A stretch of 64,000 nucleotides of DNA from Octopus vulgaris (GCA_951406725.2 OX597836.1:20522001-20586000), one strand, 5' to 3'; positions 12,581 to 25,721 are shown, counted from the first letter of the stretch. Made by a program: numbers and translations. Notes: generated by a model from the letters alone, not told the origin.

Positions 12581-12960
12581 CAGTGGTACTCAACTGGGGT
12601 TCATATGGCCCTTGGGGGTTCATATGGCCCTCGGGGGTTCATATGGCCCTTGGGGGTTCATATAGCCCTTTTGGGTTCATATGGCTCTTGGAGTTTCATA
12701 TGGTTTTGGCAATAAACTGGTGCAATAAACTGGTTACACTTCTACAATACATGAAATATTTTAATTGTTTTTATAGAATTTCTAATAATATTTCATTATA
12801 AATCATAATAAAAGGATTGACTAGCTATGAGGGCCCACTCATGTAAAATAGGAATCAAAGAGGACCCTAGGCAAAATATAAATGACATTGTATCCAGAAA
12901 CAGAGAAAGAAAAGAAAAAAAAAAGAGGCCATCGGAAGATTCTGGTTGAAATTCTCTTTC
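12581..12960. mobile_element. Possible hAT/Charlie-type MITE with ~19-20-bp subterminal tandem repeats
   Basis: Starts CAGTGGTACTCAAC (CAGTGGTTCTCAAC-like terminal repeat), followed by ~6 units of GGGGTTCATATGGCCCTTG. The right end is only weakly recognisable (GGTTGAAATTCTCT). Confidence 0.45.
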
Positions 12961-13214
12961 TGACTTTTTGTAAAAGATTACAAGAAGTGTCTAACATTGA
13001 AAATAGAAGGGGCTGAAAGATCAAGAGGAGTGAGGAAGATATAGAAAGGGCCAGGTGAAATTCAGAGATGACAATGGATTGAGATAAGTGGTGAGATGCT
13101 GTATGGAAGAAAACTCATAATTCATGCAACTCAGGCCAATATTGAAAAACACAAAAAAAAAAAAAATAATAACAATGATGATGACATGTGCAGCCGCAAA
13201 TAAATGCATATATA

Positions 13215-13580
13215 GGTGCAGGTATGACTGCATGATAAGAAGCTTGCTTCGCAATCACATGGTTTCAGGTTCAGTCCCACTGCATGATACCTTGGGCAAG
13301 TGTCTTGGGCCAACCGAAACCTTGTAAATGGATTTGGTAGATGGAAGATGAAAGAAACCTGTTGTATATATGTGTGTGTGTGTGTTTTGTGTCTGTTTGT
13401 CTCCCATCACTGCTTGACAACCAGTGTTGGTGTGTTTACATTCCCCATAACTTAGTGGTTCAGCAAAAGGTCCTGACAGAATTAGTACTAGGCTTAAAAA
13501 AAAAAGTACTGAGGTTGTATCATTTGACTAAAATTCAAGGCAGTGCCCCAGCATGGCAGCAGCTTAATGACTAAAACAAA
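13215..13580 (+). mobile_element. SINE family A, decayed
   Basis: GGTTCAGTCCCACTGC..CCTTGGGCAAGTGTC and CCAGCATGGC tail. Confidence 0.7.
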
Positions 13581-13635
<55 letters not shown>

Positions 13636-14357
13636 TGTGTACATGTATAGCGGTATCTTGGGAATGTCATTTTTGCTCATAAAAATTTGTACACTAGTTC
13701 TATTTCACTTAGTTAACTTAAAGGCTAATTAGTTAACTAAAGGCAGAATTATTAGTGCATTACACAAAATGCTTGGTATTTCTTCTGGTTTTTTGCATTC
13801 TGAGTTCCACAGAGGCCAACTTTGTATTTTATCCTTTGAAGGTCAATTAAACATATATATCTTCTATATCAGCTGAGCATTGGACGTTGATGTACTCGAC
13901 TAATCCCTCCCCCAAAATTTCAAGCCTTGTGCTTGCAGTAGAAAGGATTACTAGTTAACTAATTAACCAATTAACTAATTGATTGCTTGGTTAATCATTC
14001 CATCAATCAATCAATGAGTCACTCCTTTCGTTATCATTCGTTATCAACAAAATGTCCTCATTGCTCCAAGTCTGTCATATTGTAAGAGCATTTATGTGTG
14101 CATATGTGTGCATGTATATGTGTGTATACACACACACACACAAAGCATACAAATATCCAGAGATTCATAAGTTTTATTGAAAGACAAAATCTATTTCATG
14201 TCTTTTTTGTTTTACTTTCATGTCTTACCCCGCATCCGACTCCATCCAACTACCAGTAAATACCAACCAAATAAAACAGTACATTTTGGTCTAGTGATGC
14301 AAATTCTCTCAAAGTTGCAAAAAGAAGAAAAATCAGCCAGTAGAAGGACAAATTTGA

Positions 14358-14361
<4 letters not shown>

Positions 14362-14395
<34 letters not shown>

Positions 14396-14523
14396 GGAAG
14401 GAGAGAGAAATAAAAAGAGAGGGAAATAAATGTGAGAGAAAGAGACTGAGAGAGAGAGAGAAAAAGTATGTGTAAGAGAAGAGAGGAAAGAGAAAGCTGA
14501 GAAAGATAAGGAAAAAGAGGTGG

Positions 14524-14560
<37 letters not shown>

Positions 14561-14688
14561 GGAAGGAGAGAGAAATAAAAAGAGAGGGAAATAAATGTGA
14601 GAGAAAGAGACTGAGAGAGAGAGAGAAAAAGTATGTGTAAGAGAAGAGAGGAAAGAGAAAGCTGAGAAAGATAAGGAAAAAGAGGTGG

Positions 14689-14743
<55 letters not shown>

Positions 14744-14880
14744 GGAAGGAGAGAGAAATAAAAAGAGAGGGAAATAAATGTGAGAGAAAGAGACTGAGAG
14801 AGAGAGAGAAAAAGTATGTGTAAGAGAAGAGAGGAAAGAGAAAGCTGAGAAAGATAAGGAAAAAGAGGTGGACTGAGTGG
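14362..14880. repeat. Purine-rich ~150-bp tandem triplication built on (GA)n
   Basis: GTATGGAAGGAGAGAGAAATAAAAAGAGAGGG...GAGGTGGACTGAG occurs three times almost perfectly, separated by variable (GA)n. Confidence 0.9.
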
Positions 14881-15396
14881 GAGAGAGAGAGAGGGAGAGA
14901 GAGAGAGGGAGAGAGAGAGAAAGCAAACAGAAAGAAAAAGTGAAGAAAGTGATAAGTGAAACAAACAAGTTAAAGAAGAAAGAAGAAACTTGATTTACAT
15001 ATGAATATCAGACAAATTAGTGTTGTGAAAGATTTGCAAGTTTTACTGGGTTGTTTTTTTTGTTTTTTTTCCAATTTTTTTTTGTTTTCTAGATTGGAGC
15101 CTGGTGCAGTGTTCTGGCTTGTCAGCATTCAGTCAAACCATCCAACCCATGCCAGTATGGAAAGCGGATGTTAAACAACAATGGTGATGGCTTGTTATTC
15201 ACAAAATTGGGTGGATGTGGTAGCTGTATGTATAAACTAAATGCAGAATGACATACTGTAGAAGGAAGACATACACAAATGTATATATGTGTGTATATAT
15301 GTGTATATATATGTATATATATGTATATATGTGTGTGTGTATATATATGTATATATATATATATGAATGTATGTATATATATATATATATGTATAT

Positions 15397-15740
15397 AATG
15401 GGAAGTATATTTGCCATCTCAATATGGCTAACCCTTAAAGGTTGATGCTACTATAGCTTGTAGCCCCAGAAGAACATCTTCTCCAGCTGGCTATTGACAC
15501 ACTTTCTGTGCCCCATCAGTATTTGCAAAGGGAAGTCATCCTTCCCTCGTCAACCTAAGTGATACGCATGGACTGCAGTTTCTCGGTATTTACCCGTCAT
15601 CAGCGCACGACAATCACTGGTTTTCAATGGAAGGGTCCCAGTGCAAATATTTATATCCTTTTTCCAGTGACTTCCACCCTTAGTGGTTAGCCATATTGAG
15701 ATGGCAAATATACTTCACATTGTCGTGCAGATGATGAAGA
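15397..15740. mobile_element. Inverted-repeat element with a hammerhead-like core (Penelope pseudo-LTR / retrozyme-like)
   Basis: 37-bp inverted repeat (15397-15433 vs 15685-15721), a second overlapping inverted segment, and minus-strand CTGATGA..GAAAC-TGCA-GTC at 15565-15609; abuts (TA)n. Confidence 0.6.
15565..15609 (-). ncRNA. Minimal type I hammerhead ribozyme-like motif (degenerate)
   Basis: CGTGCG CTGATGA CGGGTAAATACCGA GAAAC TGCA GTC CATGCG: intact core, GUC cleavage triplet, 2-bp stem III with palindromic TGCA loop; stem I and the base of stem II are imperfect. Confidence 0.55.
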
Positions 15741-17927
15741 TGCTGTCAAACATTACCTGTGATGAAAATTAAAGCCATGGTGGTGAGAGGATATGTGGGG
15801 ATATTTTCATATGTAAGTTATGATATAATCTACATAGAACCTGGTGCAGTCCCTGGCCTTACCTATTCCTGTCAAACTGTCCAACCTATGCCAGCATGGA
15901 AAATGGATGTTGAATGATGATGATGATGGTGACGATGATGTGGGCAAAGGTAAATGTCGTCATTGTCATCACCACATTTAACATCCAGCTTTCCATCCTT
16001 GCATGGGTCAGATGGAATTAGTTGAAGCCAATTTTTTTATGGCCAGTTGCATTTTCTGTTGCCAGCTGTCACCTGCTTCCAAGTAAGGTAATATTTCCCC
16101 TTGACCAGACAGGTTTTTGCAGAATATAGGAAATGAATGACACAGCTTGTATGACGGTATGACAGTGATGCTCATTCACAACTATCAAGAGTAATATTCA
16201 AAGAAGAGTACACACACACACACGATGGGCTTCTTTCAATTTCTGTCTACAAAATCCACTCACAAATTTTTAGTTTTTCCGGGGACATAGTAGAAGACAC
16301 TTGCCCAAGGTGCTGTGCAGTAGACTGAACCCAAGACCATACAGTTGAGAAGTAAACTTCTTAACCATGCAGCCACACCTATTCCTGTAAAACTCAAACA
16401 TGAGCGATTATAAAATTAAATTTCTCATTTCTTTCATAGAGACTTCTCTGGTTTATTTGCAGAAATCAAGGTTTCATGGGTATACATGTATACAGACAGG
16501 TGTGTAGATAGGTAGGGAAATAATTTATTCTGGGTCGCTGTCGTCATCATCAATGTTTTAGCATCCACTTTCCCTTGCTTGCAGAGATTACTGGGGCAGT
16601 TTCTCAATGGATGGATGATATTCTTGGCACTAACCTTCACCTGTTTCCAAGCAAGCTTATATTTCCCCATGATCAGATATGTTATTACAGAATGTTGGAA
16701 ATAAAATGACACTGCTTGTGTGATAATGTACTGATTTACATCACTTGATGTCAAGACAAGGAGACACAAATATATGCATTCAGACATACATATACAGCAT
16801 GAAAAACAGACATTAAATGATGATGATGATGATATCTATATTGGTGACACGTAAAAGGGACCCATGCTGGTGGCACATAAAAGGGACCCATGCTGGTGGC
16901 ACATAAAAGGGACCTATGCTGGTGGCACATAAAAGGAACCTGTGGCAGTGACACATAAAAAGCACCCATGTAGGTGACCTGTAAAAGGCACTCAGCACAC
17001 TCTGTGGAGTGATTGGCATTAGGAAGGGCATCTAGCCATAGAAACCAAATCAAAACAGACTGGAGCCTGGTGAAACTCTCTGGCTAGCCAATTCCAGTTA
17101 AACCATCTAACCCATACCAGCATGGAAAATGGGCACTAAATGATGATGATGACAATCACATACACATATAATGAGCTCCTTTCAGTCCCCATCTACCAAA
17201 TGTACTCACAAGGCTTTGGTTGCCTGGGGCTATAGTAGAAAACACTTGTTCAAGGTGCCACACAGTGAGACTGAACTTGGAACCATATAATTGTGAAGTA
17301 AGCTTCTTACCACACAACAACACCTGTGTCTGGTATGTTTATTAAATCATTAATATCCATTAATTAGGTACTGCCTGTTTAACATACTATAAAATATATT
17401 TATTACTTTGGTTGGCAACAGAATGCAACAATAAATTATGTCAGCAGCCTGTGGTCTGTTAACCAATGTGCTTTCAGTTATATTGCTGCCTGCATTAGAA
17501 AAACTTAGCTAGCATTGCTGGTATGTCAGATTGGTTGGTCAAAGCATGATATTGCATGAAATTAAACAAAAAGGAAGAGAATTAACAAAGCACAAAATAA
17601 CTTCCTCCATAATAATTAAACAAACAATAAATGAAAGGCCTGTTTAATTGATGGAAATCATACAACACAGCACTCGACTAAGATGCCTTTACAGCTTCAT
17701 TATTTGATCTTCTACTTCTCTATATTTTTTTATACTTTCAGAAATTTTTCAACCATTGGATTGTGACCATACTGGAGTACTGCTTTAATAACATAGCTGA
17801 TCCCATTGACCACGGTATCTTGTTTTATTACTTGGTATCTATTTTTTATTTATCTATTTTTAAAAATATTTACTGTATCTGGAAGAAGGGGCAGTGTTCT
17901 TGAGCCTTTGCAAACCCTCTAATACCT

Positions 17928-18154
17928 ATTTCTTTACTACCCACAAAGGGCTAAACACAGAGGGGACAAACAACGACAGACAAACGGATTAAGTCGATCA
18001 TATCAACCCCAGTGCATAACTGGTACTTAATTTATCGACCCCGAAAGGATGAAAGGCAAAGTCGACCTCGGCGGAATTTGAACTCAGAATGTAGCAGCAG
18101 ACGAAATACGGCAACGCATTTCGCCCGGCGTGCTAACGTTTCTGCCAGCTCGCC
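17928..18154 (-). mobile_element. Full-length SINE family B with a long TSD
   Basis: GCCTTTGCAAACCCTCTAATACCT at 17904-17927 and 18155-18178 flanks a complete copy. Confidence 0.9.
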
Positions 18155-18224
18155 GCCTTTGCAAACCCTCTAATACCTGTGATACCAAAACCATTAATCA
18201 TTATCTTGAACCATTGTAAGAGTA

Positions 18225-18375
18225 CATAGGACATGAAAGGAAAGACCTGAGCGAGGAAGGAGTTCCAGAAGGATGTCCTGGGAATGGACTGGGTTAGTGG
18301 GTTGTATGGGGTCTGGGGAAAGAGGAGAACTGGACACAGGAAAGGTAATGGGAAAGGGTGTAGGTTTGGAATAAC
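18225..18375 (-). mobile_element. Decayed CR1/L2-like LINE ORF2 C-terminus
   Basis: The minus frame reads QSIPRTSFWNSFLAQVFP, resembling the SF.PRT..LWNSLP..VFP terminal motif. Confidence 0.5.
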
Positions 18376-19779
18376 TAAGAGAAAGTGGTACAATCCTTTG
18401 AGAAATGAAAGACAAAATGGACCTAAGTAAGATTTGTACTCAGAATGTAATCAAGTACCTACACACACACACACCCACAGTGGGTTTCTAATTGGTTTCT
18501 GTCAACCAAATTCATCCGAGGGTCCATGGGCAGAGTTCAAAATTTGTTGAGTAGAGCTTGCTTCATGCTCTTACTTGATAGGGCTGGTTAGTGGTCCCAG
18601 AGGTGGCATCTGATGAGGCATCGACTCCTGCATTCAGAGACAGAGTACACCCTCAGCACATGAGTATTTACCCTAAACATATCTGATTGTTTATGTTCTG
18701 AGTTCAAATCCCACTGAGATTAACTTTGCCTTTCCTCCTTTCTAGGCCAATAAAAATAAAGTACCAGCCAAGTACTGGTGTTGATGGTATTGACTGATCC
18801 CCTCCAATGAATTTCAGACCATGTGCCTATATTAGAAACTATTATTATTAATGGCAATGCCCCAGCATGGCCATACCTTATAGGTTGAAACAAGGAGAAA
18901 ATACACACTCTCATACATGCACATACATGCAATAAGTCTTTACAAAGATGCAAGAAGCCTGACATGTGAGTGAGACTTCTGGTGATTTGCTGTGCTTGAG
19001 AAGACACGTGAAGCTAAGTAAAATGTGGTCATTGCCAGTGCTGTTGAGTTGTAAAAAGCACCCAGTACACTCTGTAAAGTGGTTGGTGTTAGGAAGGGCA
19101 TCCAGCTGATGAAACCGAGCCAAAACAGCTGACTGGAGCCTGGTGCAGCTCTCTAGCTAACCAGTTCCAGTGAAACTGTGCAACCCATGCCAGAATGGAA
19201 AACAAATGCTACATGATATTAATGATAATGATGAAAGTGTCCTTCGACCAAATGTCTTATGCAAGGTATTGGCCAGCCCAAAGCTATGGTAGAAGATATT
19301 TGGTAAATGGTGCTGCACACACACACTGGCATCAAGTCTTTGACTCCAAGGTTGTGAAACAAATTTTCATAACCACAGAGCCATTCCTGACTATGTCCAT
19401 GTGATCAACATTGAAAAAAAAAAAAAAAAAACTCAAAACAAAACACAAAACAACAACAACCACAAAAAAAACAAAAAACAAGCAACAAGGCCAGTTGATG
19501 GTGGAAATACACTCAGTTCTTGCAGGATAGATTGACCGAAGCACAAAGATGGCTTCTCAGTGGTTACTAATAAATCAATGAATCATATTTGCCCCTACCT
19601 CTACCCTCACCTCCTTCATGTCACGTTCTTATGGAAGATATTTAAAAAGGTAAAAATACAATAATACACAAAGTGCACATATTCTGGATCAGGTTTTGAT
19701 TTATTTTTGATTTTGTTACTGCTGTTGTTGTTGTCGTTGTTAGATTCTATGTAATTAACTGTAGTGGTATTGTTGTTGT

Positions 19780-20360
19780 TGACAATTGTGGTTGTGATGG
19801 TGGAAGTGTGACTTGTTGTTAGTATGTTGATGATAGTGATGGTGTTGTTACTATTGTCATGTTGGTGATGGTGATGGTAGTGATGGTGGTGTTATGTCAC
19901 TGATGATGATGATGATGATGTTACTACTGATATGTTGGTGATGATGGCAGTGGTGTTGATGACATCACGGTCGATATATTCATGATGATGGTAGCAGAGA
20001 TGGTGAAGTTAAAGATGATGGTGGTGATGGTGGTGGTGGTGGTGATGATGATGGTGGTGGTGGTGATGATGGTGGTGGTGATGATGGTGGTGGTGGTGAT
20101 GGTGGTGGTGGTGGTGATGGTGGTGGTGGTGGTGGTGGTGATGGTGGTGGTGGTGATGATGGTGGTGATGATGGTGGTGGTGGTGGTGGTGATGATGGTG
20201 GTGGTGATGATGGTGGTGGTGATGATGGTGGTGGTGGAGGTGATGGGTGGTGATGGTGGTGGTGGTGATGGTGGTGATGATGGTGGTGGTGATGGTGGTG
20301 GTGGTGTAGTTATTGGTAATGGTAATGATGGTAGTGTTGGTGTTGGTAGTGGTTGTGTTT
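19780..20360. repeat. (GGT/GAT)n trinucleotide tract; a mirror (ACC)n tract lies at ~21700-21990
   Basis: Directly visible; source of the poly-Val/Met and poly-His ORFs. Confidence 0.9.
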
Positions 20361-22538
20361 GGAATTCTTTGATTAGCTACTGGTATATTGCTGCTGCAGT
20401 TAATGTTGATCTTGTTGTTGTCACTAAAGGGCCGCAATATGTTGACGTTTTTTTAAAGTTTGTGTTGTTGTCGTTGTTATTGTTAATGTAAATTATGAAA
20501 ACATCAAGGCAGAGAACAGAACCAGTCGCATTAATGGAAGGCTCACAAAACTGTGTGAAGCCATTAGTGAAGAAGACTGATGCTCACTTTGAATAAGAGC
20601 CAGCCTTGATAACAACAATGATGACAAAATATCATAATAATAATAATAGTAATAATATGAAGAACAGCAAGAAAATGAATAATGATACAGCAACAAAATA
20701 TATAACAAATCTTTCTATCTATATATGTATGTATCTCACTCACCCTCTATCTATCTATTTATCAATCTATCTATCTATCTATCTATCTACACACACACAC
20801 AGAGGCATATAAATATCATTTGCTTCTAAGGGCGCCCTGAAAGTCAAAATAAGTTTAAGAATCTTCTCTGTAGCAGAGTGTGATTCGAAAGAGATTTGGT
20901 TACTGTTTCTAGCAAGTGTAGTAACTTCTACTCAGGGCTTGATTCAAACTTGTGTAGCTTATATAGTTTTAAGAAATGTTTTCAGGCCTGAGAGGTTTAC
21001 TTGCTGTATCAAAAACAGTCTTGAGTGGTGAAAGTCTTGAGCAATAGAAAAAAGTAGCAAAACCCTTTACAATCCCTATAGTGCCCACCACCACTGATGT
21101 AACCTCTATGCGGTCAAGTGACCAACAAAAATAGCAGGTAAATATCTCTTAAGTCATGATCACACTCCAGCTTTAAAAAAAAATAAATAAATAGGGAAGG
21201 TAGCATTAAAGAATATATTTCTAAGACACTCCTAAAATAGTCTTAAGATGCTCCTTAATAAAAAAAAGAAAAAAAAGATGAGATGGTCATGGGTGGGAAA
21301 TCTTTAATTAGTCACAGGTCTATCAATCAGAATCGTCCAGGAACTGAACACCATCACCATGACTATTGCTGCCAATGTCTCACTCACTACAGTTTTCATC
21401 AGCATTCAGGTATTCAAAACAACTTTGTCTTAAAAAAAAAACTAGTCAACCCCTTCCCTCTCTCTCACTTTCTCTCTTATTTTCACTTGAGCAACTAAAA
21501 TGTTCACCACATTAGACAACAACCGTTGTAAGATTTAAACAAACACCAGTGAGACTGTCACGATTGACATGTTAAGCAGTAGGCGAGGTGTGGTACTGAT
21601 AGAATCAGGGCAAACTCATTTGACCAATGTTAAGATGTTTTTGGAATCTGTAATCCGTAAGAATTAGCTTCACAAAACTGAACAACATTGGCAACAGAGT
21701 CACCACCACCACCACCACCACCACCACCACCACCACCACCACCACAACTTTTGCCACCACCACCGCCATTAACATAATCACTGAACACTGCTGATACAAT
21801 TACCACCATGACCATTAATGCAACCACCAACAACACAAGTGCACTGGCACCAACACAGCCACCAACTACCATCACTACCACCACCACCACAATCATTATC
21901 ATCGTTGTCATCTTCATAATTAATCATCACTATCATCATCACCACCCACCACCAACATCACCATCACTGTAATCATTGTTACTGTGACAATCATCAACAT
22001 AAATTACATCAAGCAAAGCAACCTGGTAGAAATAAGAACTAAACAACCTTTCTCAAAGCACTGAGGTTGATTCATTCGACTACAAATTCCTCAAGGCTGT
22101 GCCCCAGTATGGCCACAGTCTAATGACTGAACCAAATTAAAAGACAAGAAAAAAAAATCAATCCACATAACAAGAACAGAGCTTTGTTTCATTTCCCTCA
22201 ATCAGAACCAAACAGTGAAAATATGAAAAGGGAAAGATGAAAATCAGAATCTACATCTTGTCAATGAAGAAAAGAAAAGAAATATATAATCACCTGTATG
22301 GTGATTACAGATAATTTCATGGTTTCTCAGGTGATAACACGTTAAAGATTACACACAACATCAGAAAAAAATACACCTGAGACTGAAATGTGTGTTGTAT
22401 GGTAACAGACTTATCTCAGTGTCACTTCAGCCTTTGTATGTATGTATATATGTGTATATATGTACGTACACACACTTAAAAATGTAGGCATAAACACACA
22501 CACATATACATAAATACATATACATATGTAAAGATATG

Positions 22539-22576
<38 letters not shown>

Positions 22577-22810
22577 TACATATACATATGTAAAGATATG
22601 CATATATATATATGAATACATTACGTTATATAATTAGGGTTCAGTAAAATAATTTACTTTACCACACACCGAACTTTTAGAAATAGCAGCTAAAAAAATC
22701 TTAGCTATTTCCTCTACTATAAGAAAAGTCTCCCAGACAATGTATACTCAAAAATAATTCACGCAGGTATAGAGGGAAATATTAACGAAAGATCACACGT
22801 ACATCGATTA

Positions 22811-22873
22811 CTTGAGAATGCCGTTTCTGGATTAGTTGGAGATAGAGATCAACATTTCCATCATCAGCCCAAG
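22811..22873 (-). ncRNA. Type I hammerhead ribozyme-like motif within a (TA)n-associated repeat (~22625-23015)
   Basis: CTTGGG CTGATGA TGGA[..GTTG..CAAC..]TCCA GAAAC GGC ATT CTCAAG: 6-bp stem I, 4-bp stem II with extension, intact core, NUH = AUU; stem III decayed. Confidence 0.6.
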
Positions 22874-23032
22874 GTTTCTTTAGGTTTGGATTTGAGAGCA
22901 CTAAAAATCGAACATACCCGTCTGATATGAGTAATCCTAGACAAACCATCTTCGACCGCTAGTACTAACGAATTCAAAAAGTACAAATGAGGCTTTGCAT
23001 TCTTATATTGACAATATATGAATATGTAAAGA

Positions 23033-23545
23033 CTAGCAGTATCGCCCAGCATTGCTCGGGTTTGTAAGAGAAATAACTATATAAGCATTTTTAGAGAGTT
23101 ACTTCCCTTATAGATGCCAATTCGGGCTTTCTTAGCCATTTCTGTTTTGGTGTCTTCAAGCCATGAAGTCGTTGTTCTAAAAGAACGCTGGTCTCCTTGA
23201 CAATGCTTTACGACGTTGATTTCCTTACACTCCCTTCCCCACAGCTTCACGAGGGAGGGAAGAAGGGGGAGAAGCAAACAGGTGCAGGTGTGACCATGGA
23301 CGCCAACTCCGCCGCCATCGACACACGAAAAATTATGCATTAAAATGGAATAAAAAATGATGTTAAATTATTTTTAAAATCGTAGACTCATCGTAGATGC
23401 GCGCTAATACTCAGACGGGCTCGATATGAATCCCGACAATAAGATACCCGAATTTGGTTAAACTGCACCGCAAAATGTGGGAGGAGTTAGGAATCTAAAT
23501 CGAAGGGGACAGACACTCACACAACTACAGTTTTATATATATAGA
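23033..23545 (-). mobile_element. Non-autonomous Helitron (H1) carrying ~215 bp of extra internal sequence
   Basis: 5' TC, 3' hairpin + CTAG, A|T insertion with no TSD. The empty site ATGTAAAGA|TATGCATATA restores the local motif seen at 22523-22548 and 22585-22610. Confidence 0.9.
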
Positions 23546-23547
23546 TA

Positions 23548-23586
<39 letters not shown>

Positions 23587-23589
<3 letters not shown>

Positions 23590-23925
23590 CGCATGGCTCA
23601 GTGGTTAGAGCGTCGAGCTTACGATCGTGAGGTTGAGAGCTCGAATCCCGGACCGGGCTGTGTATTGTGTTCTTGAGCAAGACACTTTATTTCACGTTGC
23701 TCCAGTTCACACAGCTGTAGAAATGAGTTGCGACGTCACAGGTGCCAAGCTGTATCGACCTTTGTCTTTCCCTTGGATAACACTGGTGGCGTGGAGAGGG
23801 AGGCTGGTATGCATGGGCGACTGCTGGTCTTCCATAAACAACCTTGCCCGGACTTGTGTCTAGGAGGGTAACTTTCTAGGTGCAATCCCATGGTCACTCA
23901 TGACCGAAGGGGGTCTTTACCCTTT
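23587..23925 (+). mobile_element. tRNA-derived SINE family E inserted in (TA)n
   Basis: GGCGCATGGCTCAGTGGTTAGAGCG..AGCTCGAATCCC head; TGTGTTCTTGAGCAAGACACTTTATTTCACGTTGCTCCAG core. Confidence 0.8.
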
Positions 23926-24368
23926 ATATATATATATATATATATATAGTGTTGTAATTGGGGATGGTCATGTTGCCAGTTTAGCCAATGAAAATACACG
24001 CACTATATATTTGGTATTCATGGATGATGATGATCATGATGATGATGGCTAGTTTATATGCTAAATGGTTAACTGCAGAGGCTATGTGGTTGACTATACA
24101 AGGAAATTAAAGAGGAGGTTGTGGAAGATATATTGTAATTTCTCAGTTAGGCTCCAGGTTAGAAATGTGAAAGTGGCAACAATTGATTATATCAACCCAT
24201 GTACTACTTAATCAGTACTTTATTTCATTGACCCCGTAAAGATAAAAGACAAAGTTGATCTTGCCTACTGCCTTCATTTCCACTTGATGGCCTCTCAGCA
24301 GCCATTCGGAATAAGGGTAATAATGCACTGTATTGTATGGATTTATAGGTAAACCAATACTCTTGCTC

Positions 24369-24571
24369 TTTTACTCTGCTACTTGTTTCAGTCATTTGAC
24401 TGCAGTCATGCTGGAGCACCCCCTTTCGTCGAGCAAATTGACCCCAGGACTTATTCTTTGGAAGCCTAGTACTTATTCTGTTGGTCTCTTTTGCCAAACT
24501 GCTAAGTTACAGGGACGTAAACACACCAGCATCAGTTGTCAAGCGATGTTGGGAGGGGGGGAGACACACAA

Positions 24572-24638
<67 letters not shown>

Positions 24639-24792
24639 CGACGGGCTTCTTTCAGTTTCCGTCTACCAAATCCACTCACAAGGCTTTGGTCAACCTGAGG
24701 CTGTAGTAGAAGACACTTGCCCAAGGTGCCACGCAGTGGGACTGAACCCGGAACCATGTGGTTCATAAGCAAGCTACATACCACACAGCCAG
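24369..24792 (-). mobile_element. SINE family A, near full length
   Basis: Colinear with 3944-4346, with an expanded internal (TA)n. Confidence 0.85.
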
Positions 24793-25478
24793 TGGAAGTA
24801 TGAAACAAGAAATCCACAGCAAGCAATAAAATGGTAGAATGCAAGGAAAGCAGTGATGCCCTGCATTAGTAAAAAAGTGTATGCAGCATATGAATTCAGG
24901 TTCAAGACTGGATATGGGAAAACAAAATAGGATGAAGTGATGTTATGGTGTGAGAGCTGTACAATGTGGGAAGAACAGCTGGATCAAAGTTAGTAGCAAG
25001 AGCCAGGTTAGTTGAATTGACACACATACTAATGAGGTAGGAGGGTAGATGAGGGCATAGGTAGGCATTGGTAAAATGTTGAGAACAATAATAAACAAGG
25101 TCACTTGAAACAGTGCCTGCACAAACAAGGTAGGGAAGTATGGCTAAATGGTGAAAAGGTTCCAGGTTGGATTCCACACCAAGTCATGTTGGAGCAAGTG
25201 TCTTTTACTATAACTTTGGATCGGCCTAATCCTTGTGACTAAAACTAAGTTGATGGAAACTGTGTGGAAGCCTGTCAGATGGATTGAAACCTGTAATTTG
25301 AAGGGTTTGGCTTTGTCTCACACTGTGTCACATTCATTCTGTCTGAGGATTATGTTACATGTGCCTGTGGAATACTCAGACATTTACATACTGTTTCAAT
25401 AAGCAGATAGATTGGCTGATTAAAGAACTAAATAGTTATTGTTGAAAGTGACAAAAATCAATTTATTTTATATTTATG

Positions 25479-25533
<55 letters not shown>

Positions 25534-25684
25534 TAGACAGAGAATATGTATGTGTCATTGTATATACAAATATCTATCTATATGTGAATGTACATGTGTG
25601 AAAATATGTTTGAGTGTGTGTGTGTGTGTATATATATACTTCTATACATGTATGAGAGTAGTGTACACGTGTATGCATGTGTAC

Positions 25685-25721
<37 letters not shown>

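Noticed and set aside
12595-12705. CRISPR-like array (also 16845-16990 and 44940-45545)
   Set aside because: Tandem units without unique spacers, eukaryotic context, no cas genes.
24800-25120. Possible LINE RT remnants (also ~6290-6540 and ~12960-13110)
   Set aside because: Composition suggests old LINE fragments, but no motif could be read confidently by eye.
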